From assembly GCF_963921235.1 (NCBI RefSeq), contig NC_086108.1, positions 7,626,001 through 7,690,000 on the forward strand: a DNA stretch of 64,000 nt, written 5' to 3'. The position numbers and the translations under genes are program-made. This DNA comes from Mobula hypostoma. Lineage: Eukaryota. Under the pieces are notes generated by a model. The model saw only the letters and a list, made by a program, of their open reading frames with translations, searched no databases and had not been told where the DNA came from. This document shows, piece after piece, positions 26,000 through 37,767 of this stretch (positions within the stretch are counted from its first letter, which is position 1; the number at the start of each line of letters is the position of its first letter).

Positions 26000-26590
26000 A
26001 CTTGACGTTGCAGTGTTCGCCGAGCTTGGCAATAGGCTGCAGACGTTTCATCAGCAGTTGGGGTGACATTCCCAGTGCGTAGTTACTGGTGTTTCTCTCT
26101 GGGAGTGCTTGCATTTATATACGCTCCTGTTCGCTTGCCTCGGTCCTGACTGGCTACCCCTTCAGTTGACCTATTGGCTCGCGTTTCTTTGGCACTTATG
26201 TCTATTTCAACGTTTGCTTACAGAGTTATCAGAAGAGAACCACACTTCTAAAACATTTCATGCCTGCTCCAGAACCACCGCAGTGTCTGGTTAAAGTGGT
26301 GTCCTTCTCGGTCTTGAAGTACCGAGATCAGCGACAGTAGATCATGTCTTCAAACTGCCAGTTTACGTTCCCGTAAACAAGGTGAGAGTTTACCTCCTGT
26401 CTAGCCAACATGGTTCTTGTTGCTGTCTCCACAGGTGACCCTGTACACCACATTGCTTTTGTCAGTTGTCTTTACTGGTACCTTGGTTCTTGAGACAAGC
26501 TTTCTTAAAGTCACTACTGGCTTGTGAGTGATTGTGACGTCATGACGTTTGAGCAGTCAAGCTGTCATTTCTGAGATATCTTTCATATAT
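26000..26590 (-). mobile_element. Penelope-like element remnant (Poseidon-type GIY-YIG plus 3' repeat with decayed hammerhead)
   Basis: Manual minus-strand translation YMKDISEMTA*LLKRHDVTITHKPVVTLRKLVSRTK...KSNVVYRVTCGDSNKNHVG*TG is a degenerate thumb plus GIY-YIG; hammerhead-like motif at 26038-26079. Confidence 0.75.
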
Positions 26591-27119
26591 AACCGTATAA
26601 CAATTACAGCACGGAAACAGGCCATCTCAGCCCTTCTCTTCTGTGCTGAACTCTTACTCTCACCTAGTCCCACTGACCAGCACTCAGCCCATAACCCTCC
26701 ATTCCTTTCCTGTCCATATAGCTGTCCAATTTAACTTTAAGCGACAACATATTCAAGCAGCTCAACCCAAGCTACCAATATTCATCACTGTCCTAAACTA
26801 CAGAGCACTACTGATTGATGCCTTGAGGATATCACAGATACTCAGTGATTACAGTGAGGGATTCATTCTGGAACATGCCCAATAACTGCCATTGCACCTC
26901 AAAAGTAAACGAAACATTAAAAGACAAACTATATATGAGTCATGGAAAAATACTGCACAGAAATGAGCCCCTTGGCCCATATAGTCTGTGCCGAGCCATT
27001 TAAACTGCCTACTGGAGATCGAAAGAGAACTCAGCCAAGGTTGGAAGCACACAGGTGGTCAGTCAGCAACAGCAGGAACAATTATACCAGTGCCCAGAAA
27101 CAGCAGGGTGAGCTGCCCA

Positions 27120-28360
27120 TCGTCCAGTGGCACTCACACCTTTGGCGATGAAGTGCTTTGAGAGGCTGGTCATAGCTAGAATCAACTCCTGCCTTAGCAA
27201 GGACCTGGACCCACTACACTTTGCCTATCACCACAATAGGTCAATGGTGGACGCAATCTCCTTGGCCTTGGGTCACCTGCACAATGCAAGTACTTATGTC
27301 AGGATGCTGTTTATTGACTACAGCTCAGCATTCAACACCATCATTCCTACAGCCCTGATCGAAAAGCTACAGAATCTAGGACTCTGTACCTCCCTCTCCA
27401 ACTAGATCCTCGGCTTCCTAACCGGAAAACCACAATCTGTGTGGAAGTAGCATCTCCACCTCGCTGACAATCAACACTGGCACACCTGAGGGATGTGTGC
27501 TTCGCCCACTGCTCTACTCTCTCTACACCCATGTCTGTGTGGCTAGGCATAGTTCAAATATCATCTATAAATTTGCTGATGATACAACCACTGTTGTCAG
27601 AATTGCAAGAGAGCGAGATACATCAGCTGGTTGAATAGTGTCGTAGGAATATCGTTGCACTCAACGTCAGTAAGACCAAAGAACAACTTGTGGACTTCAA
27701 AAAGGGTAAGATGAGGGAATATACACCGGTCCTCATTGAGGGATCAGAAGTGGAAAGAGTTCCTGGGTGTCAATATCTCTCAGGTACTATCCAGGGCCAA
27801 ACATATCGATGCAGTTAGAAAGAAGCTACAATAGTGGCTATATTCTAACTGGCTGCATCATGCCTCTGGTACGGGGGGCGGGGGGTGGGGGGCTACTGCA
27901 TGGGATCAAAATAAGCTACAGAGAGTTGTAAACTTAGTCAGCTCCTTCATGGGCACTCGTCTCCATGATACCTTCAAGCAGCAATGTCTCAAAACAATGG
28001 CGCCCATCATTAATGACCCCCATCACCCAGGTCATGCCTTGTTCTCATTGCTACCATCAGGGAGGAGGTACAGGAGCCTGAAGACACACACTCAATGATT
28101 CAGGAACAGCTTCTTCCCCTCTGCCATCAGATTTCTGAATGGACATTGAACCCACGACACTACCTCACTAGTTTTGAATTTTTATTTTGCACTACTTATT
28201 TAATTTAACTACTTTATATATATATATATATATATATATGTATTATATAATTCACGTTTTTCTCTATTATTATGTATTGCATTGTACTGCTGTCACAAGG
28301 GACAACAAACTTTATGACATATGCTTTATGACCAATGATATTAAACCTGATTTAGATTCT
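27120..28360 (+). mobile_element. Rex1/Babar-like LINE RT fragment and 3' end
   Basis: [28 protein letters not shown], aaatttgctgatgatacaacc (KFADDTT). Confidence 0.9.
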
Positions 28361-28930
28361 GAACTTCAGGAAGAGAAACAGTTAACGTTTCTGGTCCAGG
28401 AACCTTTTTCGGGGTGTAGACCTGTTTTTCTCTCTCTTTGCAGGTGCTGACTGACCTGCTGAGTGTTTCCAGTGTGTTCTATTTGTCATATCAAAAGCAT
28501 TTTGTTGCTTGTGGGATATTGAGGTTGAGAAATGCAAAACATTTCTTATTATTTGCATTGATTTGAAATTAATTAAATAATCTGAATCAAATGACCAATC
28601 CAAAAGAAATATCGATCCGGAAGGAATCAGACCAGTTACTCTGTCATTCACTATCTGTTTACTTTTGATTAAAATGTTGAAGCAGCTGATTCAGATGACA
28701 GGCTCAATTGATTTGTACACAGAAAACTACACAGCAACGTTAAAACCAACAGCACCGACTAATGGTATAACCAGAAAAGACAGGAAAATGATCAAAACAA
28801 TAAAAAAAAGCTTTGAGAGCTTACAGAATCTAATTGCTGGAAGATAACTTTTCTCAGTGGGGTGCATACATTCATTTTGTAAAAAAAATGTCAATACTGT
28901 GAATAGCTTGGTGCAAAAAGCTTGGGCACA

Positions 28931-29308
28931 GAGGAGAGGCAAGGAGGAAAAGAGAGAGAGAGATAGAGATGGGGGAGAGAGGGAGGGAGAGAGAGATAGA
29001 GGGGGGAGAGAGGGAGGGAGAGAGACATAGAGATAGAGAGATAGAGATAGAGGGGGGAGAGAGAGGGGGGAGAGAGAGGGGGGAGAGAGAGGGGGGAGAG
29101 AGAGGGGGGAGGGAAGGAGGGAGAGAGAGATAGAGATAGAGGGGGAGAGAGAGAGGGGGGAGGGAGGGAGAGAGAGATAGAGATAGAGGGGGGAGAGAGA
29201 GAGGGGGGAGGGAGGGAGAGAGAGATAGAGATAGAGGGGGAGAGAGAGAGAGGGGGAGGGGGGAGGGAGAGAGAGAGATAGATAGAGATAGAGAGGGGGG
29301 GGGGAGGA
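28931..29308 (+). repeat. Compound polypurine microsatellite (GA / GGGA / GAGATA units)
   Basis: About 380 nt that is almost entirely G/A, with a recurring higher-order unit of roughly 50 nt. Confidence 0.97.
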
Positions 29309-29370
29309 ATTTTGGTACCTCGGGTTGAGGTATTTGACGTTGCGATGTTCGCCGAGCTTGGCAATTAGCT

Positions 29371-29412
29371 TGCAGACGTTTCATCACCAGTCCAGGTGAC
29401 ATCCTCAGTGCA
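29371..29412 (-). ncRNA. Minimal type I hammerhead ribozyme motif (Penelope-derived)
   Basis: Minus strand: ugca-CUGAGGA-u-GUCACC-uggacu-GGUGAU-GAAAC-GUC-ugca. Complete core, 6-bp stem II, 4-bp stem I, palindromic ACGU in place of stem III. Confidence 0.8.
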
Positions 29413-29904
29413 CAGTTGTTTCTCTCTGGGAGTGCTCACGTATATATAGCGACCCCCCCACCCCCTTCAGCTGTCCTTTGAATTCTATTACTTTGTGTTT
29501 CCATACCAAAATAGATGCCATCTATGAACCACAATAGATAGATAGATAGATAGGCGTGTGTGTGTGAGTGTGTTAAATTAAATAAGTAGTGCAAAAAAAA
29601 AAGTAGTGAGGTGGTGTTCATGGGTTCAATGATCGTTCAGAAATCAGATGGTCCTGAATCTTTGAGTGTGTGTCTTCAGGTCCCTGCACCTCCTTCCTGA
29701 TGGTAGCAGTGAACAGAGGGCATGTCCTGGGCGATGGGGGTCCTAATGATAGACACCGTCTATTTGAGGTATCACTCCTTGAAGATGTCCCGGGTGCTGG
29801 GGAGACTAGTGCTCATGATAGAGCTGACTGAGTTCACAACTCTCTGCAGCTTACTTTGATCCTGATAGAACTGAAAACAACTTTGCTCTACAGTGTAGTT
29901 GCTT

Positions 29905-30300
29905 GTAAATCGGTAACCTCCAACCTGATGGTATGAATATCAATTTCTCCCACTGGTAAAAAAATTCCCTCCCTTCCTTCTCTTATTGCCCATTCTGGCT
30001 TCTTACCTCTTTCACCTGCCTATTACCTTCCCCTGGTGCCCCTCCTCCTATGGTCCTCTCTCTCTCCCATCAGATTCCTTCCTCTCCAACCCTTTACCTT
30101 TCTCACCCGCCTGGCTTCACCTAACACCTTCTATACAGTCATCCACCCCATTCCCCCACCTTTTTATTCTGGCGTTTTCCCCCTTCCTTTCCAGTCCTGA
30201 AGAAAGGTCTTAGCCCAAAACATTGACTATTTATCCATTTCCACTGATAGTGCCTGACCTGCTGAGTTCCTCCAGCATTTGTGTGTGTGTGCGTGTGTTG
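29905..30300 (+). mobile_element. Penelope (Neptune-type) terminal repeat fragment with decayed hammerhead
   Basis: Collinear with 61085-61500; cagtcCTGAAGAaaggtcttagcccAAAACATTgact at 30192-30229. Confidence 0.8.
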
Positions 30301-32319
30301 ATCATAAACGAAGTGTTAATCTTGGAGCTGGTATAAATTACAAGTCGATGAAGCCGCATTAAAATACCATTTATCTCAAAGTGATAATAATGCAGCTTTA
30401 TAATCTGCATAGCCAATCACCACGGCATTGAGAAATAAACATTCTTCACAGATCTGTATTAAGAAGTAATAACAACACTGGGCAGTCAGTTTCAATCTGA
30501 GCATATTGTCCCATGCTAGGCCCTGATCTGTGTGTTGGGGTAACTGATCCCAATTATGTCTGCAGTACATACAATTGGTCAAAGTTCAAGGTATATTATA
30601 CAACCTTGGGATTCTTCTCCTAACAGATACCCGATGTGCAGAGAGAGAGAAAAAAAAAACAAATCATGCAAACAATAACCGCAAGCAATTAGTGTTCTGA
30701 ACGAGAGTCCAAGACCCCTAGTTCATTGCAGAGCCCAGCAATGCTGGAAACTGTAGTAGTGTCATGTCAGGTGAGAGCAGGCCAGGTTCATTGGTAATGG
30801 TCTCCATACTCAGGTAACTGAATCCCATTTAAAAACTGAGGTGACTGCCACAGTGAGCTCATGCAACGCTGTAGCCAGTAACCAAACAATACTACTGAAC
30901 ACTTGTGAAAGACCACAAGATACAGGAGCAGAAATAGGCCATTTGGCCCATCGAGTGCTTTACACTAGTCAAACATGGCTAATTTATTACCCCTCTCAAC
31001 CCCATTCCCCTGCCTTCTCCCGGTAACCTTTGATGCCATGACTACTCAAGAACCGATAAACCTCCGCTTTAAATATATTTAATGACTGGGCCTCCACAGA
31101 GTCATCCTCAGGTTCATCACCCTCTGTCTAAAAACAATCCTCCTCATCTCTATTCTAAAGGGATGCCCTTCTATTCTGAGCCTGTGCCCTTTGGTCCCAG
31201 ACTCCCACACTACAGGAAAGATCCTCATCCACTCTATCTAGGTCAGGCGGTTCCCAAACTTTTTTATGCCATTGACCAATACCATTAAGCAAGGGATCCG
31301 TGGACCTGAAGTTGGGAAGCCCAAATCTAGACCTTTCAATATTCGATAGTTTTCAATAAGATTTCTCCTCATTCTTCTAAATTCCAGCAAGGACATGCCC
31401 AGAGCCATCAAACTTTCCTCAAATGTTAAACCCTTGGGAATCATTCTCATAGAGCCTTCTCTGGACCCTCCCCAGTACAATCACATCCTTTATTAGGTAA
31501 GGGTCCCAGAACTGCCCACAATACACCACAAATGTGAGCTGGCCAATGCTTTATTAAGTCTCAGCTTTACAGGACAGAGGCTTGCAGAGGAGAATTAGGT
31601 TGCTGGCTAGAGCACAGAAAATCAGGCAAGGTTTAACACAGTAAAAGGAAAACAGTTTCAGGACCTCAGCAGGTCAGGTAGCACCCCTGTAGAGGAAAAG
31701 GAATTGCTGTTTCGGCTCTCAACTTGAAATGTCAAAGTTCAAAGTAACTTCATTGTTAATGTATGTATATGTCACCATATATACTATCCTGAGATTCATT
31801 TTCTTGCAGGCATTTATAGTAGAACAAAGAAATACAATAGAATCTTTTTTTATGGTTTTAATAAGTCATTAGTTGAATTAATGAGATTTTAGCAATTTTA
31901 GTTTTAGAGTCATAGAGTCAAAGAAATGTACAGCACAGACACAGGTCCTTCAGCCCATCTGCTCTGTGCCAAGCCATTTAAACTGCCTACTCCCATCGAC
32001 CTGCTCTGGAGCCATAGCCCTCTATGACCTACCATTTATGTACCTATCCAAACTTCTCTTAAACATTGAAATAGAAATAGCATGCACCACTTGCGCTGGC
32101 AGCTCACTCTGCACTCTCACCACCCTTTGAGTGAAGAAGTTTCCTCTCATGTTCCCTTAAACTTTTCACCTTCCACCCTGAACCCATGACCTCTGTTTGT
32201 AGTCCCACCCAACCTCAGCGGAAAAAGCCTGCTTGCAATTACCCTACCTATACCTCTCATAATGTATACCTCTATCAAATCCTGTCTTAATCTTCCACAT
32301 TCCAAGGAACTGAATTTAC

Positions 32320-32820
32320 TTACATCCTTCACATACATGAGGAGTAAAAATCTTTACGTTACATCTCCGTCTAAATGTGCAAAGTGCAATCATAATAATT
32401 TATAATAAATAGAACAGTCAATGTAATACAGAGTACACTCAAGTCAGTGTGAGTTCAGCAGTCTGATGGCCTCGAGGAAGAAGCTGTCCCGGAGCCTGTT
32501 GGTCCTGGCTTGTATGCTGCAGTACCGCTTCCCAGATGGTAGCAGCTGGAATAGACCATAGTCGGGATAGCTTGGGTCCCCAATGATCCTACGGGCCCTT
32601 TTTACACTCCTGTCCTTGTCCTGGATCATGGGAAGTTCACAACTACAGATGCGCTGGGCTGTCTGTACCACTCTCTGCAGAGTCCTGCGATTAAGGGAGG
32701 TATCATTCCCATACCAGGCAGAGATGCAGCCAGTCAGGATGCTCTCAACTGTGCCCCTGTAGAAAGTTCTTAGGATTTGGGGGCCCACAGCAAACTTCTT
32801 CAACCATCTGTTGTGCCTCT
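32320..32820 (-). mobile_element. Rex1/Babar-like LINE 3' fragment
   Basis: FYRGTVESILTGCISAWYGN...LLPSGKRYCSI; same family as 61545-63130. Confidence 0.85.
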
Positions 32821-34946
32821 TTCACCTCAGACAGTTGAATGCTAAGCTATTCAATTTTTCTATACAACTCAGGTCTTCTACACAGGAGCACATCAGACAG
32901 ATCACAGCTGCTTGTTTACTAACATTTTTAATCTAGGTTTTTCACAATATGTGGTTAGACTCCACCTACAGGTGGCAAAGCAGTAGATAAGAGTCACCTA
33001 ACGTTTCATCACTTTTTCATTTTTTATTGGCTAAGTGTGAGCACATTACACACTTGCTGTGCCTGTGTGCCTTTGCTTATCTCAGGAATGTGGCTTTATC
33101 TCAGTACAAAAGTGTCAGTCTCTGCAAAAATTGCCATCTTGACTTTGTCCTTAGTATCTTGTCTTAAGTCTTTTCCTGAGGTTCTTTCCTTTAGTTTCAT
33201 ATGTTCTGTGTCTGTTCTTTTGTATAAACGATCGTAAAGCAACAAGTTTTCAGTCATTGATGGACTCCTAAAAGAACACACAGATCCCATACCAGTGAAA
33301 AGCTATGCACAAAGACTGACAATCAACCGATGTGCAATATTAAACAAAATGTGCAAACACAAAAAAAACAAATAATACTCAGGTCATGAGTTCTAGAGTC
33401 TTTGAAACTGAGTCTATAGGTTGTATTCAGTGAACAGTTCAGTGTTGAGATGAGGGAAGTCATCCACGCTGGAGGAACGCAGATGTGGAACATTTGTTTT
33501 CCTCCACAGATGCCGCCTGACCTACTAATTTCCTCCAGCAAATCATAAATCCAAGAGACTATGCAGATGCTGGAAATGCAGAGTAACACACAGAACGCTG
33601 GAGGATCTTAGCAGGTATGCAGCATCTATGGAGAGGAATAAACAGTCAATGTTTCAGAAGTTCTTCAGCAGTTTCTCTGCTGCTGCATATTTTAGCATCT
33701 GCAGTCCCTTGTGTGTCTCAGGATTTATAGGGTGAATGAAAAGCCTCCTTGCTGGCAAATGTGTTGTAATCAGGTGGAACAAGTACAAGCTAAAAGACAG
33801 AGGCGAGAAGGAAAGTTTTTATTTAAACACAAGTAGTTGCTGAGACTTGAAAACACCGAAGCGGTAACAGAAAAATATTCAACTGAAAATGATGGTAGTC
33901 GAAGAGCAAAACCAAAAACTGTTACATTGTGAGAGAAGGAAACGGGGGGAGGAGTGGGACTAATGGAGAGCATTAAGAGCCACTGCAGGCACAATGGGCT
34001 GAATGGCCTTCTGTGCTGTGGGATCCAATACTGTGAAGGGAAAAGAAATTGCAAGAAAATACCACCAATATATTATCACTATGGCAACATTACCACAAAA
34101 ATCCTATGCTCTAATACTGTTCGGTCTATTTATAATTATCTTAAAATGGAAGTCTTTGTCACCAGCTTGCAGTTTTAAATGGCCACCCGCTAATCTGACA
34201 CTGATCAGGGAGAAATTCATGCTGGTCACTCGTTTCCTTTTGAAACTATTTTTTCCACAGTAGTTCTCACCTTTCTTAGTCACTCGTAGCATCTGCACAC
34301 ATCAGACAGATCACAACATCTTATTTATTTCCACCATGTGCACAGGTAAAAAGAATCGTTTCCCATTCAATCTGCCCTAATCCATTCATTACTGGGTCTT
34401 CAAACACAGAACAGCCCCCCTGGCCTATGATGATGTTGTGCTGACCCCTTAATTTACTTCAGAATCAGAAACAGGTTTAATATCACCGGCATATGTTGTG
34501 AAAATACATAGTGCAAAAAGAGGAAAAATGGGGAGGTAGTGTTCATGGGTTTATTGTGTATCCACAAATCTGATGGCAGTGGGGAAGTAGCTGTTCCTGA
34601 AACAGAGTGTGTGTCTTCAGGCTCCTGCACCTCCTCCTTAATGGTAGCAATGAGAAGAGGGCATGTCCTAGGTGATTGGGGTTCTTAATGATGAATGCCA
34701 GCTTTATGAGGCATCATCTTTTATCATCACCTGGATGCTGGAGAGACTAGAGCCCATAATGGAGCTGGATGTGTTTACAATGTTCTGCAGCTTATTTTGA
34801 TCCTGTGCAGATGACTGTGTGGCTAAGCACAGCTCTGATGCCATATTTAAGTTTGCTGAAAACACTATTGTTGTAGGTGATGGTGATGAATCAGCATAAA
34901 GGACAGAGATTGAAAAACTGGCTGAGTGATGCCACAATAACCTCTC

Positions 34947-35450
34947 AATAGACAATAGGTGCAGTAGGCCATTTGGCCCTTCGAGCCAGCACCACCATTC
35001 ACTGTGATCATGGCTGATCATACACAATCAGTACCCTTTTCCTGCCTTCTCACCGTATCCCTTGACTCCGCTATCTTTAAGAGCTCTATCTAACTCTTTC
35101 TTGAAAGAATCCAGAGAATTGGCCTCCACTGCCTTCTGAGGCAGAGCATTCCACAGAACCACAACCCTCTGTGTGAAAATGTTTTTCCTCAACTCCATTC
35201 TAAATTGTCTACCCCTTATTCTTAAACTGTTGCCTTTGGTTCTGGACTCCCCCAACATCGGGAACATGTTTCCTGCCTCTAGCGTGTCCAATCCCTTGAT
35301 GACCTTATATGTTTCAATCAGATCCTCTCTCATCCTTCTAAATTCCAATGTATACAACCCCAGTCGCTCCAATCTTTCAACATATGACAGTCCCGCCATC
35401 CCAGGAATTAACCTCGTGAACCTCGCTGCACTCCCTCAATAGCTAGAATG
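34947..35450 (-). mobile_element. CR1 LINE 3' fragment
   Basis: GLSYVERLERLGLYTLEFRRMREDLIETYK; CR1 3' UTR hairpin region. Confidence 0.9.
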
Positions 35451-36365
35451 TAGGAGCTCCACTTCACTTCAGAAGGAAACCAGCAGTCCATTAGCCAGTC
35501 CTCATCAAGGGATCAGAGGTAGAGAGGGTCATCAGCTTTAAATTCCTCAGTGTTATCATTTCAGAGGATTTGTCATAGGCCCAGCATGTAAGTGCAATTA
35601 CAAAGAAAGCATGGCAGCATCTCTACTTCCTTAGGAGTTTGTGAAGATTTGGTATGACATCTAAAACTTTGACAAACTTCTATAGGTGAGTGGTGGAGGG
35701 TAGATTGACTGGCTGTATCACAGCCTGGTATGGGAACACCAATGCCCTTGAATGGAAAATCCTAAAAAAAAAAGTATTGGATACAGCCAGTCCATCATAG
35801 GTAAAGCCCTCCCCACCATCGGGCACATCTGTTGTTGCAGGAAAGCAGCATTCATCATCAGGGACCCCGTCCACCCAGGACATACTCTCTTCTCACTGCT
35901 GCCATCAGGAAGAAGGTACAGGAGCCTCAGAACTCACACCATCAGTTTCAGGAACAGTTATTACCCCTCAAATATCAGGCTCTTGAACCAGAGGGGATAA
36001 CCTCACTCAACATCACTTGCCCCATCATTAATATATTCCCACAACCAATGGACTCACTTTCAACACCTCATTTTGTGTGACCTCTACTCTGATCCAGGCA
36101 TAAGAGACAGGCTGCTGGTTCATGGTATCCCAGAATAAAGTTGATGAAGTGGAAAGGAGCCTGGCTTTAAATGTTCAAAAACCATTGACCTTTTCTGTTG
36201 TGCAGTTACAGCCATTGAGATCACTTAATTAACCTGCCTTATGAATACCATTACCCATGCCTTTTCTTTCACGAATATCCTTATTTCCTTAAAGAAACAG
36301 TTATTTAGTTTAAAACAGAAAGATGGTTCTACTACACAAATACAGATGAATTTCCTAGTAAACCT

Positions 36366-36615
36366 GAGACAGCCTGCAGATGCTGGAAATCCAAAAGAAC
36401 ATACACAAAACGCTGGAGGAATTCAGCAGGTCAGGCAAGATCTATGGAAATGAATAAACTGTCAGTGTTGTAAATAGGACTTTATAAATTCATCCAGTCT
36501 TGAAGAAGGCAGCCCAACAAATTGACTGTTTTTTCATTTCCATAGATACAGCCTGACCTGCTGAGTTCCTCCAGCATTTTGTGTGTGTTGCTCTGGATTT
36601 CCAATATCTGCAGAA
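36366..36615. repeat. Inverted pair of Penelope terminal-repeat fragments (~95-bp arms)
   Basis: ctgcagatgctggaaatcca...cagcaggtcaggc...ctatggaaatgaa is the reverse complement of ttcatttccatag...gcctgacctgctgag...tggatttccaatatctgcag. Confidence 0.85.
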
Positions 36616-37767
36616 CCTCGTGTCTGTCTATTCATATAGATGAAGGGTTCCCAACCTGAGGTACACACACTCCTTGATTAATGGTAGGGATCCATGGCAC
36701 AGAAAAAGGTTGGAAACACTGATACAGCACTTCTACAAAGATGAACTTCCTTAGCCAAAGTTTCCAAAAATAACCATCCAATTTATTCAACTGGCTGATG
36801 GTTATGGCAGCTAAGCTGAATGCAGACACCCAACAACACTTCACTTTGCACTAATGACGGGATAGTAAACCTGGCCTCACTGTGCTCAGGTTCTTTAAGG
36901 TTGCTAGATGTACCGTGGAGAGCATTGTAACTGGCTGCATCACTCTCTGGTACGGTGGTGGGGCTGCCGCACAGGAGTGAAGTAAGCTGCAGAGAGTTGT
37001 TAAATTAGTCCGCTCCATCAAGGGCATTGGCCTGCGTAGTATCCAAGACAGCTTGAAGCAGCATTGCCTCAAGAAGGTGACGTCCATCAGTAAGGACCCC
37101 CATTACCCAGGACATGCCCCCTTCTCAGTGCTACCATCAGAGAGGAGATACAGGAGCCTAAAGGCGCACACTCAGCAATTCAGGAACAGCTTTTTCCCCT
37201 CTACCGTCCCATTTCTGGACGGACATTGATCCCATGAACACTACCTCACTACTTTTTTTTACACATATTTTTTTAACTGTAATACACAGTTTTTTCCCTG
37301 TATTATCATGTATTGCATTGTACTGCTGCCACAAAGTCAACACATTTCATGACATTTGCTGGTTATACCTGATTCTGATTATGGTCATAGCAGGGGGTGG
37401 AAATGGGGATAAGTTCCCACTACCTAGCAAATGCTCCCAATGGAGTGCTCCTCAAATACCCTCTGACAACCAAGTCCAGCTCCTGGCCCCCATGTGCGGA
37501 TCAGCCACTAAGCCTGGCAGATGCACTTCTACTGACAGAAGGGGCAAGGGCGGGTTACTGGCACCTTTAAACCAGTCGCTTTGCACAAATGGGGCTCGTC
37601 AGCCATGGTGTCTGCTCATTCAGGAAATGGAAAACTATGATCTTAAACCTCCAACATACATGGGGGAATGCTTTGGGACTAAACCCAGAGGGAAAACACC
37701 AAAGCTGGAGTCCCTAAGGCAGTCCTGAGTTGAGTTCAACATTGACTGGCAACTCCTGCCAGGAAAT

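Noticed and set aside
28872..29402. 176-aa and 157-aa Pro/Ser/Leu-rich ORFs
   Set aside because: They are translations of the CT/GA microsatellite.
32960..32980. CTCF-like site cctacaggtggca
   Set aside because: Two mismatches in the core; not supportable without ChIP or conservation data.
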